A stretch of DNA of 64,000 bases, from the IMG/VR virus record IMGVR_UViG_3300023202_000247, positions 186,001 through 250,000 of that record; one strand, 5' to 3'. Under the pieces are notes generated by a model. The model saw nothing but the letters and a program-made list of their open reading frames with translations, was not told where the DNA came from and ran no database searches. A program made the position numbers and the translations under genes. Positions 37,252 to 45,970 of the stretch are shown here, piece by piece. How positions within the stretch are numbered: position 1 is the first letter of the stretch; each line of letters opens with the position of its first letter.

Positions 37252-38247
37252 ATGAAAGCTGTAATTCTGTCCGGTGGCGCGAGTAAAGGTGCATTTCAAG
37301 TAGGAGTTCTTCGAGAACTCTTGAAACAAGATCCGGATTATGATGCTGACATTTGGGCAGGTATCAGCGTTGGTGCACTCAATGCTAGTTTACTTGCAAC
37401 AGATGAGATGAAAAAATCTTTGCCCAAACTCGAATCTATTTGGTTCGACAAAGTAAAGGGTAATCGCTCCATTTGGAATCATCATCTGTTGAAGTATATA
37501 TTGATTGGTATCATTGTAATACTACTATTTACCATAGCAGCATTTGTATCATTTATATTAACATCTCCAAAATGGCTAACATTGATATTTGGTGTATTAG
37601 CAGTAGCTGCATTTTATTTGCCATATTACTCATTGACGCATACTCATTCTATTTATGATACAGCTCCACTCAAAAAGCTCGTTAATGAAGATTTAGATTT
37701 GAGCAAACTTAGAAGTAGTGGTAAAAAGTTAATAGTTGGAGCCGTATCTTTTACATCTGGAAGATATAAATCAGTTAGAGAAACTGAACATGAGATAAAG
37801 AAATGGATCATTGCATCTAGTGCATTTCCAGTATTCTTTCCAATGGTAAAGATAGATGATGAATATTGGACGGATGGTGGTGTCATAGATATCGCACCAT
37901 TTACCGACGCATTGAGATTGGGCGCAACCGACATAGATATCATATTAACTAGTCCAATCAAATCTGGAAACTTTTATGGTAACCCAGGTATCATTCCAAA
38001 ACAATTGATGAGAAACATAGATATAATGTCATCTGAAATATTGAGAAATGATATTGAGGCGAAATGTTTCGATAAAGATATCAAAGTTAGAATATTCATG
38101 CCCGACCACCAACTAACAAGTAACTCTTTGAATTTTGACCCAGTTAGAATAAGAGTCATGTATGATAAAGGTAGAGAAGTTGCCAGGTCTGTATTGGAAG
38201 AAAAAGTCGAGACGCTGGTTGTAGCGAAAAGAAGAATTGATGTTTAA
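37252..38247 (+). CDS. patatin-like phospholipase with a two-helix membrane insertion
   Basis: LSGGASKG, GISVG (GxSxG), ASSAFP and DGG motifs; two hydrophobic helices at ~aa 82-125. Confidence 0.9.
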   Translation: MKAVILSGGASKGAFQVGVLRELLKQDPDYDADIWAGISVGALNASLLATDEMKKSLPKLESIWFDKVKGNRSIWNHHLLKYILIGIIVILLFTIAAFVSFILTSPKWLTLIFGVLAVAAFYLPYYSLTHTHSIYDTAPLKKLVNEDLDLSKLRSSGKKLIVGAVSFTSGRYKSVRETEHEIKKWIIASSAFPVFFPMVKIDDEYWTDGGVIDIAPFTDALRLGATDIDIILTSPIKSGNFYGNPGIIPKQLMRNIDIMSSEILRNDIEAKCFDKDIKVRIFMPDHQLTSNSLNFDPVRIRVMYDKGREVARSVLEEKVETLVVAKRRIDV

Positions 38248-39319
38248 TTTATACTTAGATGCAAACGCTCATTTACCAATGACTCATGCCGCTCTGGCAT
38301 CATTTACGAAGGTCAACAATGGCCAGATGGGTCATGGTCATCCAATGAGTCCCGGTGTAACAGGTAGAGCTGCGGCATGGGCAATCGAGGAGGCTCGTGG
38401 AAATATTGCAAATTATTTGGGATGTAAGTCGAATCAAATCATTTTTACATCGACGTGTAGTCAGGCATGTGAGTGGGGAATCAAAATTGCAAGCAAATTA
38501 GCTCGAAATTTTTTTGTGTCAAAAGCAGAACATCCGGCTGTAAAACAGTCAGTGAGTCGATATATAGACAGGTATGAGAGTATGGAAATAGACTCTCACG
38601 GTCTTTGCAAAATTAATCAAGATTTAGGTGCAGACACTGGAGTCGTTTGTATTCACGTTCAGAATGAAACGGGAGTGATTCAGGATGCACCAACAAAATT
38701 TTCAGAGAATTTGCTATTCTCTGATATGTGTCAAACACCCGGCAAGTTACCCATTAACCTGGGTCAGCTTGACGTTGACATAGCGCCCTTTGCGGCGCAC
38801 AAATTTGGCGGTCCAGCTAGTGTTGGCTTTTTGTATCTCAAAAACATCGAATGGTGGGAAGAGTTCGGAGCCGGCAGCCGGTACTTCACCGACCGAGCAG
38901 GCACGCCAGACGCAGCATCCGTCGTAGCAACAGCTACGGCATTGGGTGAGGCGGTAGCTACGCTCCAAGAACGGTCTGAAAGAGGAAAGAGCTTTCAAAA
39001 GTTTTTGGAAGACGGTCTCGAGGACATGAGTTTAGAAATCGTATCGAAAGATGCTCCGAGGGTATGGAACACGACATTCGTGCACATGCCGGATGGAGCC
39101 GGAATCAAAACCATGTTGAGCTTGGGAGAAAAAGGGATTCATGTGGGATTGGGCAGCGCATGCGGCTCAGCTTACACGGGTACCAGTCCATTAATGCAAA
39201 GTATGAACCGAACGGGTGGTCCTCATGATTACATGAGGATAAGTCAATTTGGTGAATACGGAATAACTGAAGCAAAGCATTTCTTAAAAGTTTTCAAAGA
39301 ATGCTACAAACAACAATAG
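38240..39319 (+). CDS. iscS: cysteine desulfurase (IscS/NifS class V PLP enzyme)
   Basis: YLDANA, EHPAV, QNETGVIQ, AAHKFGGP (PLP Lys), RAGT, GSAC (catalytic Cys), RIS. Confidence 0.88.
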   Translation: MFNLYLDANAHLPMTHAALASFTKVNNGQMGHGHPMSPGVTGRAAAWAIEEARGNIANYLGCKSNQIIFTSTCSQACEWGIKIASKLARNFFVSKAEHPAVKQSVSRYIDRYESMEIDSHGLCKINQDLGADTGVVCIHVQNETGVIQDAPTKFSENLLFSDMCQTPGKLPINLGQLDVDIAPFAAHKFGGPASVGFLYLKNIEWWEEFGAGSRYFTDRAGTPDAASVVATATALGEAVATLQERSERGKSFQKFLEDGLEDMSLEIVSKDAPRVWNTTFVHMPDGAGIKTMLSLGEKGIHVGLGSACGSAYTGTSPLMQSMNRTGGPHDYMRISQFGEYGITEAKHFLKVFKECYKQQ

Positions 39320-39326
39320 GTGAGAT

Positions 39327-40199
39327 ATGAAAAATTATCAATTGGAACTACTGAGCGAAAGCAGGCGCAACAAAGGTAGCGTCTTCCGCGCATTTGATGT
39401 CAATGACGAGAAAATCATCGGAGTACACGATGGTGAACCGTTTTCCATCAAATTTAGAAACAACTCGTATGAGAGAGTTCAGGTTAAATTGAGCCTGGAC
39501 GGAACTGACATTTTAACTGGAGATCCGGCATCACTCGAACCATCTGGCAAGATGTGGATGGTTGAGCCGTATGGAATCCTTCATCTCAAGGCGTGGCCAG
39601 AATCAGATGAAGGTGGAGCACAATTTGTTTTCACAGATGCTGAAAGCGGAGTTGCTGTTCATACTCATGGTGTAAAAGAAGGCATCGGAACAATAGGTGC
39701 TGCTATTTATACGGAGGGTCACGTGCAACAATATTTGGGCCCATATACAACTAGTAATCCTTATAATAACATATGGCCAAAAACAAGAATACACAATAAT
39801 TGCAAACCATGTGAGTTTAAACCAGATACTCTTGGTCAAGATGGTATAGTTTATGAATCACATACTGTTTCAACTACTGATTTACGTACAAGAGGTCTTT
39901 CTAGCTGTGTACCATCTGGAGCAAATGAAGTTAGGTTGATTTCTGAGAATTCTTCGAAGAATCTGGCTATCGGAGCTGGCAGCAACGTTATGCAAAAAAT
40001 TTCGCATTCAACAGGTTTGATTAAACCAGAGTTGAGTGGAATGATTCAATTGAAATACGAACCATGGTCCGTTTTGAGAAAGAAATTGGAAAAACAAGTT
40101 GTTGTCAAGACAGCTTTTCCTGGTGACAAGCGTGTTAATCTCAAGGGAGTACCGCGAGTGGACACGGATGAAAATATAAGCATTCCAAGGTTCATGTGA
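39327..40199 (+). CDS. conserved-looking hypothetical beta-sandwich protein
   Basis: FSIKFRNN..VKLSLDG..FVF..GTIGAAIY; function not recognised. Confidence 0.6.
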   Translation: MKNYQLELLSESRRNKGSVFRAFDVNDEKIIGVHDGEPFSIKFRNNSYERVQVKLSLDGTDILTGDPASLEPSGKMWMVEPYGILHLKAWPESDEGGAQFVFTDAESGVAVHTHGVKEGIGTIGAAIYTEGHVQQYLGPYTTSNPYNNIWPKTRIHNNCKPCEFKPDTLGQDGIVYESHTVSTTDLRTRGLSSCVPSGANEVRLISENSSKNLAIGAGSNVMQKISHSTGLIKPELSGMIQLKYEPWSVLRKKLEKQVVVKTAFPGDKRVNLKGVPRVDTDENISIPRFM

Positions 40200-40534
40200 T
40201 GAAAAAAGCTCCTTCACAAATTAGAAAGCGTCCGAAGGAGCAGTGTGAAGTGTGCGGTGAGAGCAACGTAAAGTTGCTCCATCGTCACCACATCGTTGAA
40301 AGGACAGAAGATAATTCTGACAATGATGATTTCAACATAGCAATTCTTTGTGCAAATTGTCATACGTTGACACATGCTGGTGAATTGCGTATAGTAGGAG
40401 TTTTCCCTAGCACCAAGCCACCAACTGGTAGAATGTTGGTATATATACTAAATGGTAAATGTAATGTTCCTGGAATGGAAGATGCTGAACCATATTATGT
40501 TCCTAAAAACAAAAGTATGAAATATTATGGCTAA
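40199..40534 (+). CDS. HNH endonuclease
   Basis: CEVC..HRHHI..N..LCANCHTLTH. Confidence 0.85.
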   Translation: MKKAPSQIRKRPKEQCEVCGESNVKLLHRHHIVERTEDNSDNDDFNIAILCANCHTLTHAGELRIVGVFPSTKPPTGRMLVYILNGKCNVPGMEDAEPYYVPKNKSMKYYG

Positions 40535-40856
40535 AAGAAAACCAAGAATAATTGGAAAAACTCAAGAAGGCAATAAAGTTATATGCGAGCAAGACACTCG
40601 TATGAAAATTTTGACAATGGCCCGCCGGCTTGGAGGCGAAGATTCAGTAACCGAAGTCAAACAAATTTTACATAAATATGATGAAGCGTTGAAAAAATGT
40701 ACCAATGAAGTTGAACGAAAGCATATTGGTCAGGTTGGAGCGGCAGAGCTTCATAGATATTTCTATTGTAGCGGACCTTTGGTACTGGACGGAGAAGTGA
40801 TAATTCCAGGAGAAACGCCAGAAGATGAGAGCAGTGGAAAAATAAAACTGGCATAA
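40527..40856 (+). CDS. hypothetical protein
   Basis: Coupled 109 aa ORF. Confidence 0.6.
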   Translation: MAKRKPRIIGKTQEGNKVICEQDTRMKILTMARRLGGEDSVTEVKQILHKYDEALKKCTNEVERKHIGQVGAAELHRYFYCSGPLVLDGEVIIPGETPEDESSGKIKLA

Positions 40857-40887
40857 TTTGCCATGCATATTCTTTCATCAATTTAAT

Positions 40888-41112
40888 ATGGAAGAAAAGT
40901 TTGTTGGAAAAGTAATTTGGTTCAATAACACTCTTAACTTTGGTTTTATAAAACAACAGAACGGTGAACCAGATATGTTCGTTCATTATTCTGATATCGT
41001 TTGTGAAGGATTTAAAACCTTAAAAGAAGGTCAGACTGTTGCATACTCAATTGGAGTAAATCATAAAGGACAACCAAAAGCAACTGAAGTGGTAATAGTT
41101 GAAAATGAATAG
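40888..41112 (+). CDS. cspA: cold-shock domain protein
   Basis: GKVIWFN, FGFI (RNP1), MFVHYSDI (RNP2), GFKTLKEGQTV. Confidence 0.9.
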   Translation: MEEKFVGKVIWFNNTLNFGFIKQQNGEPDMFVHYSDIVCEGFKTLKEGQTVAYSIGVNHKGQPKATEVVIVENE

Positions 41113-41317
41113 TAAATTTGAGCAAGCTCTTTCTGAATTTAATTGTATACCACATTTTACAAATTTTAACATTGAAGATGTTCAATTTGATCATGAACTT
41201 TATTGGCTTATAGTTAGAGGGGCCAATTGTTTGGAGTCAGTTGATAACTTCGAAGAGTGGTATAAAGAGGCTAAAGAAACTAAATGCCAATTGAAAAGAA
41301 AAAAGAATTTTGGGTAA
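41105..41317 (+). CDS. small hypothetical protein resembling part of the 42129 neck protein
   Basis: ALSEFNCIPHFTNFNIED versus SLCEFNETPHFTNFTFED in 42129..43025. Confidence 0.55.
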   Translation: MNSKFEQALSEFNCIPHFTNFNIEDVQFDHELYWLIVRGANCLESVDNFEEWYKEAKETKCQLKRKKNFG

Positions 41318-41748
41318 CCAACGTAAGAAGAGATAAAGACATATCTATTGGCGATTTGCGCGTCACGATTCGCGCTGGAAAATCAGTCAACTTGTTGGAT
41401 GATAAACACTATCATTACACAGAAGAACAGTTGATGAAATCGCTAGAAAGCGGAAGCATCAAGTTGAAAAGTCGTTGGATAAAAGTAAACTTTTTTGCGC
41501 CACAACATCGTGTCAAGCCTGGTTTAGCTGTAGCTAAAACGATGAGATTTGCACCAAAACCACGTAGCATGGTAGATGTTGAATATAAACAGTACGATGA
41601 AATTGATGGTGAACTTGGTATAGATGATGAAGATGATTACAAGTTCGCAGAAGAAGAATCAGATATGGTGCTAGAAGATAACGTTCCAGCTCTTGCCGTT
41701 GATAAGGTGTACAAAAAACCACCCAAGTTAGAAGGTGAAGAAGAATAA
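41284..41748 (+). CDS. protein with a distant copy of the appendage anchor domain and an acidic tail
   Basis: FWVTNV..TIRAGKSVNLL..TEEQLMKSLESGSI resembles FTVKNV..IPPGRQRDLL..EDDIRSSLIKGEL. Confidence 0.5.
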   Translation: MPIEKKKEFWVTNVRRDKDISIGDLRVTIRAGKSVNLLDDKHYHYTEEQLMKSLESGSIKLKSRWIKVNFFAPQHRVKPGLAVAKTMRFAPKPRSMVDVEYKQYDEIDGELGIDDEDDYKFAEEESDMVLEDNVPALAVDKVYKKPPKLEGEEE

Positions 41749-41781
41749 TTATTGCTCTGGATATTATAGTATAGATATGTA

Positions 41782-42120
41782 ATGAATGTATCTATGTTTG
41801 CAAATCCAGGGCAGTCCTTATTGCTTCCGGTTCAAACCACCGATGGTTATACTGGAGAGCGAACGGACGGCTATGTGCCCAGAGTTACTAGTGTTTTTAA
41901 CCCATCATTAACAGAACTCATGTCTACACCAGTGGACATGACGAGAATTGGATTGGGACAATATGTATTTGCGTTCAATCTTCCGAGTGGGGTAACATCA
42001 ATAGGCACATACATCGTTAGTGCTTTATATGTTGAACCCGGAACTGGTAAGGAAGTCTGGAATATGTTTACAATAAATGTTGCATTACCTTTTGGTAATA
42101 GTAGCGTTTCGCCACTTTGA
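41782..42120 (+). CDS. small Ig-like virion protein
   Basis: Beta-rich; GxYxxxF..GTY pattern shared with the next gene; two DGY motifs. Confidence 0.6.
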   Translation: MNVSMFANPGQSLLLPVQTTDGYTGERTDGYVPRVTSVFNPSLTELMSTPVDMTRIGLGQYVFAFNLPSGVTSIGTYIVSALYVEPGTGKEVWNMFTINVALPFGNSSVSPL

Positions 42121-42128
42121 GGTATCAA

Positions 42129-43025
42129 ATGACTACCGTACCTAGATCATCAGTTGTACAACCGTCACAATCGGTTCAATTACGCGCACAATTTAGCGGG
42201 CCGGATGGTGAACCAGCAGACCTCGATGCGTTTCCCGAAATCACCATCGTGCAACCACCGGGGCTCGTAGTTTTGGGGCCAACCAGCACCGGTGTATATC
42301 GTGAAAGTGTTGGAACATACGGATATGTTTTTGATGTTGGTTTACAGCCAAACATAGGAACATGGACAGATATTTGGGCTGGCACGTTAAATGGTTTCGA
42401 AGTTAGAGGTGAATTCAATTTCACCGTTTACACAACTCAAGTTCCTGCAATAAACACTGATGGATACAAATCTCTTGGAGACGATCCTGGATTTTGTTTT
42501 TCTCAAATTGCTATTTGTAACATCAATGATATGCTGAAGTTACTAAGGGCAAGGTTGAAGAGTCGAGGCTTACACGTAACAACTGATGAATTCGGTAACA
42601 AGATTTATACTGACTGTGACATTTACACAACCGATGAATTGGTTTCATTTTTGGTTATGTCACTTTGTGAATTCAATGAAACGCCGCATTTTACCAACTT
42701 CACATTTGAAGATACCAGTGTAATGCAGTTGTTTTGTGGAATCATTACCCAAGGAGCAGTATTGATGGCACTATCGAGCCAAGCATTAATTGAACGTGGT
42801 AGAGAATGGCAAATCAATGATAATGGTACAGCATTCACTCCTCCGACAATGAGCGAACTGCTCAACTCACAATGGGGCACCGAGCTACAAAATTGGTACG
42901 ATCGTGTGAAAATGATTAAGCACACGATGAAACCAGCTCCACTTGGCCTTGGAACATTGAGACCTTTGGCTGCATCGCCACAGTTTCGTAGACTTAGACA
43001 CTTGAGGGCCAGAAGAATTTACTGA
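42129..43025 (+). CDS. putative head-tail adaptor/neck protein with an N-terminal Ig-like domain
   Basis: Position, Ig-like N-terminus, and helical C-terminus with a basic tail. Confidence 0.55.
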   Translation: MTTVPRSSVVQPSQSVQLRAQFSGPDGEPADLDAFPEITIVQPPGLVVLGPTSTGVYRESVGTYGYVFDVGLQPNIGTWTDIWAGTLNGFEVRGEFNFTVYTTQVPAINTDGYKSLGDDPGFCFSQIAICNINDMLKLLRARLKSRGLHVTTDEFGNKIYTDCDIYTTDELVSFLVMSLCEFNETPHFTNFTFEDTSVMQLFCGIITQGAVLMALSSQALIERGREWQINDNGTAFTPPTMSELLNSQWGTELQNWYDRVKMIKHTMKPAPLGLGTLRPLAASPQFRRLRHLRARRIY

Positions 43026-43050
43026 GAGCCCGTCGAATATACTAATATAG

Positions 43051-43236
43051 AAAAAACCTATTAGAAAAAACAGCGTTATACATATTTTAGAGTATGGTGG
43101 AAATAATGTGTCAAGAAGCATATCTGACTATTTATATGAAAACTCATCAGTATTTCTAGCACGTAAGAAAAGCATTATAGATTTGCATTATAGATGTGGC
43201 AAATCCAATAAGTGGAACTGTCAATCCGAATCGTAA
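43051..43236 (+). pseudogene. C-terminal remnant of a LAGLIDADG homing endonuclease
   Basis: Start-less frame ILEYGGNNVSRSISDYLYENSSVFLARK resembles IEIKGNDQTFKLMNWLYNNSNQNIRLDRK in 28075..30048. Confidence 0.6.
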
Positions 43237-43299
43237 AACTGGCATTTATTGTGGCGTATTTCTCATTCGTAAAACGCCTGCATAACTGGATATTATTAC

Positions 43300-45954
43300 A
43301 TGAGTAAGCCAGATATATCTAATATCGATCAGGCGTCACTTCGTCCTTTGATTGATAAGGTAAAAAAGCGAATAAAGAACGATCCAACTATAAAAGAAAT
43401 GTTGGATAAATATGATGTTGACTCTGAGGAGATTGATTTGGTTCCGATGTGTTTTGCTCACATCGATGTATCAGCTCGAACGGATCATGGAATCATCTAT
43501 TTCAACGTTAAACTTGTTGAAGATGGAAACTTCGATAATGACGATCATTATCTAGTGCATGAGTTAACTCATTATTTTCAACAAACTACAGGAAACCAAG
43601 CGACGCAGGGTGCAAATGAAGGCGATTACTTGGAAAATGAAGATGAAATTGAAGGATTTCAAAATCAAACAAAATATCTGAGCGAGACTCGTAGCGAAGA
43701 AGATGCTGAAGAATATGTTGATCAAGTTTTGGACCATCATGAGGTTTCGGACGAAGATGAGCGCGAGGATAAAAAAGAAGAACTTTTGAGTGAAGCTCAG
43801 CTGGAAACTAGAAATTTGACAGCGTTAAGAATGGCTTCGATAAAATCATTTGCAAATGATTTTATCAAATATGCTGGATTAAACGAATTTCTTGCATCTC
43901 TTGGAGTAAATGAAGATGTTATAGCCTTTCTTGATACTCTTCCTAATGACCAAAAACAATATTACGTATCTACACTAAGACAAAATCCAACTCTGTCACT
44001 TGAGGAATTGCAACAATCTGTTGCAATTCCTCAAAAAAAAGATCCCTATACTGACGAAGAAAAAACTCTCGTCTCTGATCTAAACCAAAATCTAGCTGAA
44101 TGGTACCTCATACAACTTAGAAAAAATAGAAATAACCAAAATTATAACTGGCTATACAACAATATAGACCATGTTGCTAGTTGGTATAGTCAGAAAAATC
44201 CCGACTTGCCCAACCATGATCTTGAAGATGTACAGTTTGAGGTTGAGCTGATGAAATCAGCTCAACCAAATCCTCAACTAGATTCATATCTTAGTAGAAT
44301 TAATGAACCTTTACGCTCTTACCTCTACACTATAATACCTCAGCTAACCCCACAAGATTTTGCAACTAATCCTGGACAACTAGAACAAATACAAGCAGAA
44401 GGTAAAGAGTATATAGATCATCTAATGCGTATGTCTATAGATAGTGTATCAGACTATTTCAAACATAACAATATCAAATTGAGAAACTTTGGTTTAGATA
44501 AAGAGAACTTTAAACAGTTATTGGATAATGTTGAACATTGGCATAGAATGCAATGTTCAACATATCCAAGTAATGATTATGATCCCCTAAACCCCGACTT
44601 AGTTGTATATGGACCTAAAGATAATGGCTATTTCATAGTAGAATTAATATCAGAAAATGATCTGATGGTAGAAGGAAAGAAGCTAGAGCACTGTGTTGGT
44701 AGTTATGCAAAAGCAGTTGAGTCTGGAAATTCCAGAATCTTCTCATTGAGAGATTCTGGAAATAACCCACATATAACAATAGAAACTAATCCTGCTGCAA
44801 GTATAATTAGACAGATATATGGTCGTAACAATACTAAGCCTAATGAAGAGGAACAAGCATTAATAGATGACTGGCTAAGTGTATTTAAGCAAGACATAGA
44901 TTTTGATAAGTTAACAGATGATGATAAACTTGATTTAGCAAGAAACTCAGAAACATCTGCTGAGATATTGGATAAGCTTAGCAATAATGAAGATTCAAGT
45001 GTTAGATATTATGTTGCTCAAAATCCAAACACATCTGCCGAAACTTTAGATAAGCTAAGTAATGATGAAGATGCAAGTGTTAGATATTATGTTACTATAA
45101 ATACAAATACATCTGCTGAAACTTTGGATAAACTTAGTAATGATGAAGATGCAAATGTTAGAATGTATGCTGCTGAAAATACAAATATATCTGCTGAAAC
45201 TTTAGATAAACTTAGTAATGATGAAGATGCAAGTGTTAGAGCGTATGTTGCTCAAAATCCAAACACATCTGCCGAAACTTTAGATAAGCTAAGTAATGAT
45301 GAATATGCAAGTGTTAGATATTATGTTACTAGAAATACAAATACATCTGCTGAAACTTTGGATAAACTTAGTAATGATGAAGATGTAAATGTTAGAATGT
45401 ATGTTGCTAGAAATCCAAATACATCTCCTGAAACTTTAGATAAACTTAGTAATGATGAAGATGCAAATGTTAGATGGTATGTTGCTAAAAATCCAAATAC
45501 ATCTCCTAAGATATTGGATAAACTTAGCAATGATGAAAATGTAAATGTTAGAATGTATGTTGCTAAAAATCCAAATACATCTCCTAAGATATTGGATAAA
45601 CTTAGCAATGATGATCGTGAAAGTGTTAGAGAACATGTTGCTAAAAATCCAAATACATCTGCCGAAACTTTAGATAAGCTAAGTAATGATGAAGATGTAA
45701 ATGTTAGAGTAAATGTTGCTAAAAATCCAAATACATCTCCTGAAATTTTAGATAAGTTAAGTAATGATGAATATGCAAATGTTAGACAATATGCTGCTAG
45801 AAGAAATGCTATTGCTAATCTAAATCAACAACAATCACAACAAAGTTTTGATAAAGTATTAAAAATGGCAAGTATATATGAAAAATTTGCTGGTGAAACT
45901 CAGCAGGAAACTAGAAATTTGACGGTCTTAGATGGCTTCGAAGGCCATGCATGA
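43300..45954 (+). CDS. composite protein: HExxH zincin-like domain, PcfJ-like domain and 11 LRV/HEAT-like repeats
   Basis: LVHELTH..E; LMVEGKKLEHCVGSY..IFSLRD..PHITIE; 26-aa repeats. Confidence 0.75.
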   Translation: MSKPDISNIDQASLRPLIDKVKKRIKNDPTIKEMLDKYDVDSEEIDLVPMCFAHIDVSARTDHGIIYFNVKLVEDGNFDNDDHYLVHELTHYFQQTTGNQATQGANEGDYLENEDEIEGFQNQTKYLSETRSEEDAEEYVDQVLDHHEVSDEDEREDKKEELLSEAQLETRNLTALRMASIKSFANDFIKYAGLNEFLASLGVNEDVIAFLDTLPNDQKQYYVSTLRQNPTLSLEELQQSVAIPQKKDPYTDEEKTLVSDLNQNLAEWYLIQLRKNRNNQNYNWLYNNIDHVASWYSQKNPDLPNHDLEDVQFEVELMKSAQPNPQLDSYLSRINEPLRSYLYTIIPQLTPQDFATNPGQLEQIQAEGKEYIDHLMRMSIDSVSDYFKHNNIKLRNFGLDKENFKQLLDNVEHWHRMQCSTYPSNDYDPLNPDLVVYGPKDNGYFIVELISENDLMVEGKKLEHCVGSYAKAVESGNSRIFSLRDSGNNPHITIETNPAASIIRQIYGRNNTKPNEEEQALIDDWLSVFKQDIDFDKLTDDDKLDLARNSETSAEILDKLSNNEDSSVRYYVAQNPNTSAETLDKLSNDEDASVRYYVTINTNTSAETLDKLSNDEDANVRMYAAENTNISAETLDKLSNDEDASVRAYVAQNPNTSAETLDKLSNDEYASVRYYVTRNTNTSAETLDKLSNDEDVNVRMYVARNPNTSPETLDKLSNDEDANVRWYVAKNPNTSPKILDKLSNDENVNVRMYVAKNPNTSPKILDKLSNDDRESVREHVAKNPNTSAETLDKLSNDEDVNVRVNVAKNPNTSPEILDKLSNDEYANVRQYAARRNAIANLNQQQSQQSFDKVLKMASIYEKFAGETQQETRNLTVLDGFEGHA
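43790..45941 (+). repeat. ~50-bp direct repeats (43790-43840 and 45893-45941) flanking the PcfJ/LRV segment
   Basis: GTGAARCTCAGCWGGAAACTAGAAATTTGAC...ATGGCTTCGA, with an 18-nt perfect core. Confidence 0.85.
44950..45800 (+). repeat. 78-bp (26-aa) coding tandem repeat x11
   Basis: LDKLSNDExxxVRxxVxxNPNTSxET units at 78-bp spacing. Confidence 0.95.
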
Positions 45955-45970
45955 AAACGCATAACAGTGA

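Noticed and set aside
37252-40534. Patatin + desulfurase + HNH as a CBASS- or Dnd-type defence operon
   Set aside because: No nucleotidyltransferase, DndC/D/E or Ssp genes are recognisable here; a functional link cannot be supported.
44950-45800. Regular repeats resembling a CRISPR array or a DGR template/variable pair
   Set aside because: Units are contiguous, in-frame coding repeats with no unique spacers; variation is not adenine-specific; no cas or reverse transcriptase gene is in the window.
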